Shown here one piece after another: positions 9,706 to 19,935 of a stretch of 20,000 bases of DNA. The notes beneath the pieces were generated by a model. That model ran no database searches, was not told where the DNA came from, and was given only the letters and a program-made list of their open reading frames with translations. Source of the stretch: Chiloscyllium plagiosum (Eukaryota). The position numbers and the translations under genes are program-made. Position 1 is the stretch's first letter. Each line of letters begins with the position of its first letter. Location of the stretch: contig NC_057718.1 of NCBI RefSeq assembly GCF_004010195.1, positions 56,970,710 through 56,990,709 on the forward strand. Direction: 5' to 3'.

Positions 9706-11260
9706 ACCTGTACCTGGGCTACAAAGCCAACAAGACTGGTTTACACTTATTGCAAGATAAAGTGAGGGTGATCAAAGGTGCCCTGGCTCCCACATCTGTA
9801 CCAGAGCTTATGTCTTTTCTTGGGCTTGTGAATTATTATGGAAATTTCAAACAAACCTGACCTCCATCTTTGCATCAACTCTTTAAAAAGGGTCAGCCTT
9901 GGAAATGGCCACACAGACAAGCCAGCTTTCAGAGAAGTGAAGAAACACAGCTATCATCCTCGGAGGTCCCAAAGAAGATCTGGTGTTGACATGCAATGCC
10001 TTCCTGTACAACACTGGGATAGTATTAGCTCATAGGTGGCCCAATAGCGCGTGCATCAATGACTTTAGCTCATGCAGAACTTAACTATGCCCAGATAGAG
10101 AAGGGAGGTTTGGCAGTCATATTTGGAATAAAAAGGTTCTACCTATGGACATAAATTTGTAACAAGAATGGACCACAAACCCCTACTAGGTGGTTTTTTT
10201 TTGAGGAGATGGCAGTGCCACCCGCAGCTTCAGGCCAAATTCAGCTGTGGGCTCTAATATTAAGTGCATATAATTACAAGTTACAACACTGTCCAGGAGG
10301 CAAAGTAGCAAACACAGATGCACTGAGCCTCCCCCACTGGTAGATATACCAGTGGTACTGCTACTAGAAAAGTCCATAATGGTTTTAAATTTTCTGGACA
10401 CTTCCAGTTACAGCTGACAATAATCTGATTTTGGATGAGCAGGTTCCGGTCCTGGCAAACCTGAAACAACTGGTGGTGATGGGGCAAACAAAAAGAGTCT
10501 TTATAATCAGAATTGAAATCTTTATGAACTCAGACGGACTACATTACAGTAGAGGAAGGCATATTATTATGGGGAGCAGGAGCGATTGTCCTGAGTAAAG
10601 GTCACCTTTAAATATTGGCTGATCTAAACCAGGGTTACCCAGGGATTTCCAAAATGAAGATGTCAGCGAGAATTTATATCAGGTGGACAGGACTGCATGC
10701 AGACATAGCCACTTTGATGGGGAGGTGCCCAGAGTGCCAACGATGACAAAAATGTTCCCGTTAGCAGTTGCTCCACATTTATGGGAATAGTCAGGTAAAC
10801 CCTGCACTCAGTTACACATCAACAATGCAAGTCCTTTCATGCCTCCATGTTCTTAATCATTGTGGATGCCCACTCAAAATGGCTAGACCTGCATAGGATT
10901 CATCCGTTAAACATAGGATAACTATAGAAAAACCGTGTGCACCTTTTGCAGTATATAGACTCCCAGAAGTGCTGGTCACAGATAACAGGCTATTGTTTAC
11001 CAGCAGAGAATGTGACTATTTCCTCAAACCCAATGGCATTCAGTACATAAGGAGATACCATCCATCATCCAATGGTCGGACAGAAAGATCAATCCAAACA
11101 TTCTTTAACCTGCCTGCAAACAACCTACAGCTTCACTAGATACCAACCTGTCCTCATCTGTACTTAATTATATAACCACCCCTCACGCAACTGCAGGGAA
11201 AACTCCAGAGTTGCTAATGGGGAGTAGGCACTGCATGAGGTCACTGATCTTTCCAGACCT
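9706..11260 (+). pseudogene. pol: Gypsy pol relic, part 2 (RT thumb, RNase H, integrase)
   Basis: YLGYKANKTGLHLLQDKVRVIKGALAPTSVPELMSFLGLVNYYG; NYAQIEKGGLAVIFGIKRF; DHKPLLG; QGYPGISKMKMSAR...W...CPECQ (Zn-finger remnant); FLIIVDAHSKW; PEVLVTDN...YHPSSNGRTERSIQT. Confidence 0.92.
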
Positions 11261-11789
11261 TGTGGTGAGAGGAAGAGGAAAAGAGACAAATGGCACCACC
11301 AATGCCAATACTGGACACATGACTCTGCTAAGTGCGAGACACAGTTTACGTCAGGGAATGAAGTTTGCTGTAGGAACCACAGGAATGGCTCTGTATCGGT
11401 GAGGGGTCAGGTCTACTGATATATAAAGTTTGGTTGGTACAGAAGTCCTGAACAAGCATGTAGTCCGTATGAAAGCTGCAAAACTCACACAGTGAGAGAC
11501 CAAAACATGCTCAGCTCCAAATACTTTTCCAACTCTTCTGGAACCCACATTCTCCCTCTCTGTCCAATGTTGAGGATGCCTTGGAATCAGAGATGGACAT
11601 GGCGGATGTCTTCACCCTGACACTTTTGTTGCCTAAACAGAATGAATTTCTTCCCAGACTCTCCAGGCACAAGCAGCAAGCTACTGGGCGTTACACAGCA
11701 CCAGAGGCAAAGTTAGAGGAACCTGACCCAATGCTAAAATGCTCTAAGAGGAGCTACAATAAAAGAACTGGCTCATGTCCTCAGACTCA

Positions 11790-11801
11790 GAGGGGACAGG
11801 A
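11790..11801 (+). promoter_or_regulatory. Polypurine tract
   Basis: GAGGGGACAGGA lies immediately before the TG start of the 3' LTR. Confidence 0.75.
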
Positions 11802-12022
11802 TGTAGTGATTGTAATGAGGTCAGCCAGGTGGACATCGTAAAATATACACATTCCCTGACTGGATCAGATTAACAGGCTCTATTAGGGAGCCATAGTTGA
11901 CAGATATAAACAGGAGTGTCAGCTATCCTGTTCACTCAGAGCTGGCTCAGCGCCAAGGATTTGCCATGTGTAAATAAAGGGTGAGTTGGTGACAGGATAC
12001 TGACTTCTGTGAAGTTCTTTTA
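11802..12022 (+). repeat. 3' LTR (~221 bp)
   Basis: Starts TGTAGTGATTG after the PPT. Contains GATATAAA (TATA-like) and AATAAA. Matches 6508-6715. Confidence 0.88.
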
Positions 12023-12723
12023 CGAGACACTGAAGGAAATAATTCTAAATCACAAGGAAAAAAGGAGAGATCCCAAGTCCAACTAATCATCAATCGAAGG
12101 GAAGCTGTCACAATGTTAATAAGGTTTTGCCACTGTAGATAAGAATCAAGAGAATTGTAACAACAGCTGTTTGCGGCCTGAACAGGAGCATTTTTCTTGA
12201 CTATTCTATTTCCCACCCATAACATTTGTGCCAGACTGTCTTGCATGTTATTCATGAATGAGGATTTTAAAGCGGGGGGTAAAAGGATTATAGTCCAAAT
12301 GTAATAGTAGTTGGTTCGCAAGTAATAATCAATTTTCTTTGTGATTTTTGTTTACATAAAAGTGTTTATTACAAATATTCACTTTTCTTCTTCATGACAA
12401 ACCTGCTATATATTACTTTTTGAATTTAGATTTGGTCATTTAGGTAAATTGATTTTTGTGGTTTACTTTCATATAAATTTGTTGTGAAATAGAAGAACAA
12501 TTAAAAACTTGCTTCTAAACTCAATTCTGGTGTTTTCAGAACAGCATTAAATAAATTGTCCTTAATTTAAAAAAATGCTATTGGCCTTAAAGGTTGATTC
12601 TACCCTTTGTAAATCCAACAGCATAAACATCTTTTTATCAACACAATAGGATTCTGCAGTCAACGGTTAAGGACAAATGCCAGTTTAAAGGCATTGATCT
12701 GGAAAGATACGTTCACCTTTCCC

Positions 12724-14358
12724 CATAAGGCAACAAGATATAGGAGCAGAATTAGGACATTCAGCCAACTGAGTCTATTCTACAATTCGATCATGGCTGA
12801 TATGTTTCTCAACACCATCCTACTGCCTTCTCCCTATAACCTTTGATCCCTTTCCTAATCAAGAACCTGTCTTAAATACACACAATGACTTTGCTTCCAC
12901 AGTTTTCTGCAGCAATGAGTTCCACAGATTCATTACCCTCTGGCTGAAGAAATGCATCTTAGTTTTTAGAAGGGTTATCCCTTCACTATGAGCTTGTGCC
13001 CTTGGGTCCTAGTCTCTCCTACTAATGAAAACATCTTCTCCACATCCACTCTATCCAGGCCTCTCAGTATTTTATAAGTTTCAATGGGATCTTCCTCCCC
13101 CCCCCCCCCCCCCATCATCCTTTTAATCTAAATCAAGTACAGAGCTAGAGTCCTCAACCACTCCGCCTACGATACGCCTATCATTCTGGTGATCATTCTT
13201 GTGAAACTCCTCTGGACCCGCTCCAACACATCCTTTCTTAGATATGGGTCCCAAAACTGTTCATATTACTCCAAATGTTCCGACCACAGCCTTATGCAGC
13301 CTGAGCAATGCATCTTTGCTCTGCATTCTGATCCTCTCAAGACAAATGGTAACATTGCATTTGCCTTCCTAGTTGCCAAATGAGCCCATATATTAACCTT
13401 ACAAGCATCCTGAACTAGGACTCCCAAGTCCCTTTTGTAAGAAGAGAGAGGTTTTTCTATTTTCTCAATCTGAAGCACAAAGTGCATGACCTCACACTTT
13501 TCTTCATTGCATTCCATCTGCCACTTTTTTGCCCACTCTCCTAACCTATCCAAGTTTTTCTGCAGTGTTCCCACTTTGGAACACGACCTATCCCTCCAAG
13601 CCCATCTTTGTGTCATCAACAAACAATAATGCCCTCAATTCCTTCGTCCAGATTGTTAATGTACAGTGTGAATAACCGTGTCTCAACACAAACATCTGTG
13701 GATCTCCAACAGTAACAGCTGGAAGCCAGAAGAGGACCTCTTCATCCCCACTCTCAGCCTTCCACCAGTCAGCCAATCCTCAATCCATGCCAGTTCCTGC
13801 CCCTAGCACTGTGGGCTTTTATTTAGAAGTCTTTGTGCAGCACCTTGTCAAAGGCCTTCTAGAAATCCAAACAGATCACGTCTACTAGCTCACGACCTCC
13901 TCAAAGAATTATAACTACTTGTAGGTGTGACCTCCCCTTCTTGAAGCATGCTGACTCAGCCCTATTTTACCCTTCACTTCCATTCTAAAATTCAGACTCC
14001 AAAATCTTACCAATGACCCAGGACAAGCTAACTGGCCTATAATTTCCCATTTTCTACCTCCCTCCCTTCTTAAACAGGGGTATTAAATTAGTCCTTCAGA
14101 ACCTTCCCTGACTCCAGTGCTTCCTGCCTCTACAACCTTCTCAGCTATCTCCACCAGAATCCTGGGGTACAGTCGATCTATCCAGGTGATTTATCCATCT
14201 TCAAACCTTCCAGCTTCCCAAGCATTTGCTCCTTAATGATGGCCTCTACACTCACATCTGCCTCCGATTCAAGTTTCTGCTATGCAACAGGTGTCTTCCA
14301 CTGTGAAGACTGGTGCAAAATACCTACTCAGTTCTTCTGCCATTTCTTTGTTCCCCTC
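12724..14358 (-). mobile_element. CR1 LINE, 5'-truncated and degenerate (~1.6 kb), with 3' UTR at the low-coordinate end
   Basis: Minus strand gives MAEELSRYFAPVFTVEDT, NYRPVSL, FVDDTKMG, LQKNLDRLGEWAKKWQMECNEEKCEVMHF and RDLGVLVQ. The 3' UTR reads ATCAGCCATGATCGAAT...TCCTAATTCTGCTCCTATATCTTG. Confidence 0.93.
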
Positions 14359-14599
14359 TAATTTTTAAGGGAAAACCAGAGTAGTAACGAACATGCATCT
14401 TCCTATATTTTGAGATTCAAAGATCACACAATACACTTTTCAGCATGCTTCCTGAAGAAAAATAAAATGCATCTGAGGTATTTTCATGTCCAATTAAATG
14501 TTACATCAACAGTAATAAAAATATTTTAATTAAACACCGAATTACATACCATCCATATTTTACACTGATATATTTGGATCAGAGCATAGCTTCCTTCAC

Positions 14600-14765
14600 A
14601 TGTGCTATAAATATTATCCTTGCCAGTCAAAAAAAAACTTTTAGATTGTACAACTACAGTGTTAAATAACCAGTTCTTGCAACAAAACTTATCCAAAAAA
14701 AGCAAAGGATTGTGGTCTTTACAAATAGCAGATTCTGAGGAGTTGTTGGATGTGCAAAGTAACCA
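14600..14765 (-). pseudogene. pol: Gmr1-like Gypsy pol relic: end of RNase H
   Basis: SNNSSESAICKDHNPLLFLDKFCCKNWLF...TGKDNI, within ORF 14526..14882(-), matches the 'TDHNPL.FL.KF...N.RL.RW...GKDN..AD' motif. Confidence 0.75.
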
Positions 14766-14769
14766 CATA

Positions 14770-14945
14770 AATGAATATGTTTCAGAAAAGTTATCTATTC
14801 CTTTCTTCAGACTAAAGATGCCTGTGGGCATGGGAAGAAATCGGGGAGTATGGCATTGAGATACAGGATCAGCCACGATCACAGTGAATGGCAGAGAGGG
14901 CTTAAAGACGTACTCCTGAGCCTAAGTCTATTTCCCGTGTTTAGT
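14770..14945 (+). mobile_element. CR1 3' tail inserted in the Gmr1-like RNase H
   Basis: GGATCAGCCACGATCACAGTGAATGGCAGAG...TACTCCTGAGCCTA matches the 3' UTR of the CR1 at 12724-12800 in the opposite orientation. Confidence 0.75.
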
Positions 14946-15560
14946 TTGAAACATTATGCAGAGCCAAGATAAAAATGTCTATTTCTTCACTGAATACTTT
15001 TGTTGACAAGTATTCAGTTATGAAAAATAACTGAGGCCATTTGATCCCTATTTTATCTTGTAGTGAAACATCCACGTTATTGGTATGAACTGCCAGTTTC
15101 AATGACTCCATAATTTCATGCTCCTAAAACCAGAGTGATGATCAGCACAGCCTTCAAGTTGTCAGAAACTCTTACTTATTATTTTGTCCATTCAAATTTC
15201 TTGCTTTTCTTCAATATTAAACTTATTGACAAATTTATTGAAGTTCACAACAAAGTTCAAAATGAACTCCACTCATGCCAATATATCATTGAATTGTGTG
15301 TTTCATATTAGACATAAGAAAATCCAAAATAGCCCTTACATTTGTTTCCTGGTGTGACCCCAAAAATGTCACTTTTTGCTTTGGAAATTCAATTTTAGCC
15401 AAATTTATAATCAAAATAACTCCTTGAATCAAATTAAATAGTTTAGTCAAATGGTGTAAAATGTCCTTTCTCAGTTTATCTGCAACTCAAATACACAATA
15501 CTTCAATGATAGTGTTGGTTAATCATTAGAAAATTGCTGCTGCTTTATTCATTCCAAACA
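14946..15560 (-). pseudogene. pol: Gmr1-like Gypsy pol relic: RT C-half, linker and RNase H start
   Basis: Minus strand: FGMNKAAAIF**LTNTII; HHLTKLFNLIQGVILIINLAKIEFPKQKVTFLG; YIGMSG; LKKSKKFEWT..DNLKAVL; LKLAVHTNNV; SYFS*LNTCQQKYS. Confidence 0.85.
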
Positions 15561-16560
15561 GCAAAGACAATAATCTCTCCATCAATATCAGCAAAACAAT
15601 GACAGCACCTCCTTGCATCAATGGTGCTGAGGTGGAGATGGTTGAGACCATCAAGTTCCCGGTAATAACGATCACCAACAATCTGGCCGGGTCCGCCCAT
15701 ATCGACATGATGGTCAAGGTAGCATAGCAATGCCTCTTCTTCCTTAGCATAAAGAAATTCAACACGTCCAAAAGGACTCTTGCTAATGTTTGTAGATGCA
15801 CCATAGAAAGTATCCTATCTGGATGCATCACAGCATGGTAAGGCAACTGGTATTCCAAAGGCCATGGGAAACTACAGAGAATCATGAATACAGCTCTGCC
15901 AAGCATGCAAACCAGCCTTCCAGCCACTTACTCCATCTGTACTTCCGCTACATCAGAAAAGCAACCAACATAATCAAAGACCTCTCCCACCCTAGTTATA
16001 TTCTCTTTCATCCTCTTCTTTCAGGCAGAAGATATAAAAGTTTGAATACACTTATGAACAGAATCAGGAACAGTTTCTTCCCCACTGTTGTCAGACTTTT
16101 GAACGGACCTCAAACATTAATTCTGATATCTGCCTCTGTGGCTGTACCACTGTATTCTGCACTTTGTTCTACTACCCTGATGCACTTTGTAATAATATTA
16201 AGATTAGATTCCCTTCAGTACGGAAACAGGCCCTTCGGCCAAAAAGGTCCACAATGACTCTCCAAACAGTAACCCACCCGGACCCATTCTCCTATCCTTT
16301 ATTTACCAGATTATGGAAATGTAGCATGGCCAATTCATCTAACCTGCACATCTTTAGATTGTGGGAGGAAACTAGAGCACCCGGAGAAAGTCCACGCAGA
16401 CATGTGCAAACTCGACACAGTCACCCGAGGCAGGAATCGAACCGGGGTCCCTGGCACTGTGAGGCAGCAGTGTTAACCACTGAGCCACCATGCCACCTTA
16501 TTATCTGCCTGTATAGCACACAAAGCAATACTTTTCATGGTATCTTGGTATATGTGACAA
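15561..16560 (+). mobile_element. Rex1/Babar-clade LINE, 5'-truncated, with 3' UTR
   Basis: KDNNLSINISKT; INGAEVEMVETIKF; RCTIESILSGCITAW*GN; ATNIIKDLSHPSYILFHPLLSGRRYKSL...RIRNSFFPTVVRLLN. Flanked by AACAGCAA (15557-15564) and AACAGTAA (16559-16566). Confidence 0.9.
16201..16497 (-). mobile_element. tRNA-derived V-SINE (HE1-like) nested in the Rex/Babar 3' UTR
   Basis: Minus strand starts GGTGGCATGGTGGCTCAGTGGTTAACACTG (A box) and has GGTTCGATTCC (B box), the core TCTGCGTGGACTTTCTCCGGGTGCTCTAGTTTCCTCCCACA, a CR1-like tail GGCCGAAGGGCCTGTTTCCGT and an AATCT-repeat end. TATTA occurs on both flanks. Confidence 0.92.
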
Positions 16561-17365
16561 CAGTAATCGGCCAGCTTTAGAAAGTTCATCTGGTATCACA
16601 AATGCTGAAACTTTTTCAGCTCTTAGTCAATGGAATTTGCCAATATCCTTTTAACAAGCCAATTTTGGTGACGGATTGTGCATGTCCAGTAATTTCAATG
16701 CAGTCCTCCAATTTTCAAGCAGTAATGAAAGTGAGTGATTACCCAAGCTGACTTTGTAACAATCAATACAGAATCTGAGACACACATCCGGTTACTACAT
16801 CATTATACAGGTAATCTCCAGCTACTAAGACTCAGTTCAATAATATCATTGTCAATCACCAAATTAATCTCTTGGCTCACTTAAGCCATCTGCTCTGAAT
16901 TGAGTCTGTAAAGATTGTTTGCTGGATAACATGTTCCCTACATTAACATTACGTACAGCCCAAGATGTCTGGCCTATTCACAAAAACTAATTATACTAGC
17001 CCTCAGAATCCACTTCAATAATTTTCTGGAAGACAACATATTTCATCTAACCTTTTAAGCACCTTCATTTTATCCGATCTGATCTGTGGAGGGTCAATTT
17101 TTGAATTTTCAATTACAATTCATTCTCCAATTGGTCTGATATTTTTATCTCAGTATTTTTCTTTTACCACAGCAGATACACTCATACTGACTACTGCCCT
17201 GTCATACCCCTACTACATTAACATAACACACACACACAGTTAATTCCTATCTGGAGAACTCACTGCATAAGTTATAATAATTAAATTTTATTTTGATTCA
17301 ATAAAAGGTTCAGTAAACCATGTTTTTAATGATTCCCTAGTGACAAATGAAAATACTAATAGTAT
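16559..17365 (-). pseudogene. pol: Gmr1-like Gypsy pol relic: integrase C-terminal (GPY/F-like) module followed by RT N-half
   Basis: Minus strand in order: LLVFSFVTRESLKTWFTEPF and YAVSSPDR..CYVNV (IN C-terminus); IDPPQIRSDKMKVLK; YRLNSEQMA*VSQEINLVIDNDIIELSLSSWRLP; PDVCLRFCIDCYKVS; LEDCIEITGHAQSVTKIGLLKGYWQIPLT; SAFVIPD. Confidence 0.85.
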
Positions 17366-17690
17366 TATGGTGCAACTGATATAATTGGAAAGTTGGATCC
17401 CAGAACAAAAATCTGGCTTGACTCATCATTTTTAAAAATTTATTGCAAAGGTCGTTCACTGAAACACAAGCAAATAAGGTTGCTGATTTGGTTTTAACAC
17501 CAAAACATAGGGTAATTGCACAAAAGAAAAATAAACCAAAGCAAGCTAAATGTAACGGTTTTAAAGTTTTCAAAACCTCAAACAAAATCCCATCTTTCCC
17601 CAGCACTTTGACTTTACAATTACTCAAATAAAAATTAAATTTTCCTCCTTTGTCCAATCAATTTGACTTGACTGATTTTCTCCTCACTTC
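17366..17690 (-). repeat. Possible LTR remnant upstream of the Gmr1-like pol
   Basis: Non-coding. Minus-strand AATAAA lies ~75 nt before a ...CACCATAATA end abutting the integrase relic. It may continue at ~18080-18490, whose minus strand begins TGTTGAAGG. Tentative. Confidence 0.3.
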
Positions 17691-17699
17691 CTGTCTTCT

Positions 17700-18078
17700 G
17701 AGCGTTTTCCTGCCTTAGTACCTGCTGAATCTGCATAATAACTTTTGCGATTCCTGCACAAGGACACCCAGATCCCTCTGCACCCAATCACTGAATTTTT
17801 TTCTCCATTTACATTCTCTTTTCCTGCAAGATTCCAATTCTTTTTATCGACTGCTCCATAGCTTTCTGAGGGGCCAATATTTTTCTGACCAAAATGGATA
17901 ATTTCATTCTTATCCACATCTGCCAATCACCTAACATATCTACTGTATATCGATTAGCCGATTTCTTATTCCGTTATTGCAACTTATGTTCCTACCTATT
18001 TTGGTGTCATCTGCAAATTTGGCTATTGTACCTTCAGTCCCTTCATCCAAGTCATTAATACAGATTGTAAATCATTGG
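17700..18078 (-). mobile_element. CR1 LINE internal RT fragment
   Basis: Minus strand reads FTICINDLDEGTEGTIAKFADDTKIGRNISC, then EIIHFGQKN and RDLGVLVQ. Confidence 0.88.
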
Positions 18079-18792
18079 TTACTCGGCCAGTTCAGTCCCA
18101 ATGTAGATTTCTAACAAAATACTCCTGGTCTCAAAGTCTCACAAACTACATTCTTTCACCATGGTAACAGTGCCTTATTATGCTGTGAAAATCTCCTTTT
18201 TTCTCGGAGACACATATCTGGCTTCAGTCAGATCTCCTTCTGACTGTCCAAGTACCTTCCAATCATTTATCTTCTGAGCCAAAATCAATCCTCAAAATGA
18301 TACTAAACCCAAAAGTAAGCTAATTTATTAAATTTCTCCCTCCTATCATAAAACACTCCAGGAAATGCATGCCAATTTCATATTGTGATTCCAGAAACAC
18401 TGACCTAACTGATTATCAAATCCCTTCAGAAAAACAGACCACTATCCATGAGCCACTCATTTGAATTTTAAACAAAAAAAACCTTCAACATACTACATTT
18501 GTCTCCAGCAACAGAATTCCAAGCAGTATCTTTTTTTTAATCTGCTCTAATTCCCATTATTTTTTTAGGGCAATTAAAATGCTTTGAGAAAATCACATGC
18601 TTAGCTGGCTTCTCTCCAAAATTCAAAACATAAGCTGGAAGCTTAGTCTGAGCTTTGAATTCTCAATTTCTCTTTATACAATTTAAAAAGAAGTCTCTCA
18701 CCTCATGCCATTTCCTTGTTCAAAAGGACTAAGTCCTGCAGGCTTAGAGGCATCACTAATTACAAACAGTAAAAAGGTATTCTTTGGGGATC

Positions 18793-18804
18793 CAAGATGG
18801 CGGC
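18793..18804 (+). promoter_or_regulatory. YY1-type motif at the L1 5' end
   Basis: CAAGATGGCGGC matches the YY1 consensus (AANATGGCGGC), 7 nt from the inferred element start. Binding is not shown. Confidence 0.65.
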
Positions 18805-18967
18805 GACCCAGTAAGACTGAGTCTATAGTGCTCCTCCCAAGACTTGGGCACAGTGGGTCACCTACCCCCTACCAAGCTCACCAAATCATTTATAAATCAT
18901 TTATAATAGTTTAGTAACTCAATTAGTTGTGTAATATTACATTTAAGCAACTTTATCCTAAGTTAAA

Positions 18968-19783
18968 ATGACTAAAGGGAAGGGAGCCCGCAGCTCTCAG
19001 CAAGCAGGAACCCCTCCCCCACACTCTCCAGCTGCAGCAGAGGCGTCCACAGCCGCCCCGGGGGACTTACCAGCAGTAGCAAGTCTTGCAGAAATGCTTT
19101 CCAAGCTTGACTCGAAGATCGATGCCTTTATCGTCGAATCCAGGAGTCGTTGGGAGTCGCTCTCGGCCGCGCTGCAGAAGCACGACCGTGAAATTGAAGA
19201 AATTCAACGCCGAGTCGGAGGGGCGGAGTTAAAGGCCGCGACCTCGGAGACAACCGCTCAATCGGCCGTGGATCAGGTCCGGACTCTCGAGCAGCGAGTC
19301 CAGACCTTGGAAAATCATATTGACGACCGCTCAATCGAGGTCGTCGAAAAAATATTCGTTTGCTGGGCCTTCCCGAACAGGAAGAGGAAGGCCAGCTTAC
19401 AGCATTCCTGGAGCAGTGGCTGCCACAACTTTTAAATCTGCAAGCTGGACCAGGCCAGGTAAGGGTGGAATGGGCCTACCGGGTCGCAATACGCGGGCCC
19501 GGCTCGAACCAGCGCCCACGCCCGGTCCTGTTCCGGCTGCAGAGCTACAGGGAGAGGCAGATACTCCTAGAAGCCTCTAGAAATCTCGGAAAAGACCCCC
19601 AAGCTATGATCTACAAAGATCTGGTTCGAAAGAGGAAGGCATTCGACGAAGCGAAGAAGCGTTTAAGGGACTTAAACGTACCCCTTACGCTACCCAGCGA
19701 TGTTACGCTTTAACCATGAAGGTTCTGTATATAACTTTGGATCACCAGAAAAGGCTAAGGAATTCTTGGACTCCCTTAGATAA
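18968..19783 (+). pseudogene. L1 ORF1p (Transposase_22-type: coiled coil, RRM, CTD) with two frameshifts
   Basis: MTKGKG...coiled coil...LENHIDD, shift at ~19330, NRGRRKNIRLLGLPE...EWAYRV...RPRPVLFRLQSYRERQIL...LVRKRKAFDEAKKRL, shift at ~19680, LRYPAMLRFNHEGSVYNFGSPEKAKEFLDSLR* (TAA 19781-19783). Confidence 0.92.
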
Positions 19784-19818
19784 ACGGTAGTACATAATGG
19801 ATGTTGGTCTGCCTTCCA

Positions 19819-19935
19819 CCCCCCCCCCCCCCCCCCCGCTGCTTTGGTTTATATCCCCTCCCTTTTTTTTCTTACCTTATTGCTTAATATTATTATGGGG
19901 GGAGGGGAGAGGGATTTGATTTTCTCCCCCCCCCC
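19819..19935 (+). repeat. Poly-C tracts in two similar units in the L1 inter-ORF spacer
   Basis: (C)n-GCTGCTTTGGTTT from ~19819 and (C)n-GCCGCCTTGGAGTT from ~19926. Confidence 0.7.

Larger units (their letters stand above)
6508..12022 (+). mobile_element. Degenerate Ty3/Gypsy LTR retrotransposon (canonical gag-PR-RT-RH-IN order), interrupted at ~8371-9705
   Basis: Two related LTRs, a PBS-like site, a PPT, and gag, RT, RNase H and integrase motifs in order, with many stops and frameshifts. Confidence 0.9.

Noticed and set aside
11947..12321. 124-aa minus-strand ORF
   Set aside because: No recognisable motif, it overlaps the 3' LTR, and it is consistent with chance.
14360..14450. Possible start of a Gmr1-like 3' LTR resembling 18365-18400
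   Set aside because: Only a patchy AT-rich match, and the PPT is unconvincing.
14620..14859. 79-aa plus-strand ORF as a host gene fragment
   Set aside because: It is antisense to the RNase H relic and runs into a CR1 tail.
15526..15927. 133-aa hydrophobic minus-strand ORF
   Set aside because: It is the antisense of Rex/Babar fused by chance to the FGM motif of the Gmr1-like RT.
16620..16730. Apparent 111-bp phase-0 exon on the plus strand (TTTTTCAG...GTGAGT; LLVNGICQYPFNKPILVTDCACPVISMQSSNFQAVMK)
   Set aside because: It is the antisense shadow of the Gypsy RT motif LEDCIE...LLKGYWQIPL on the minus strand.
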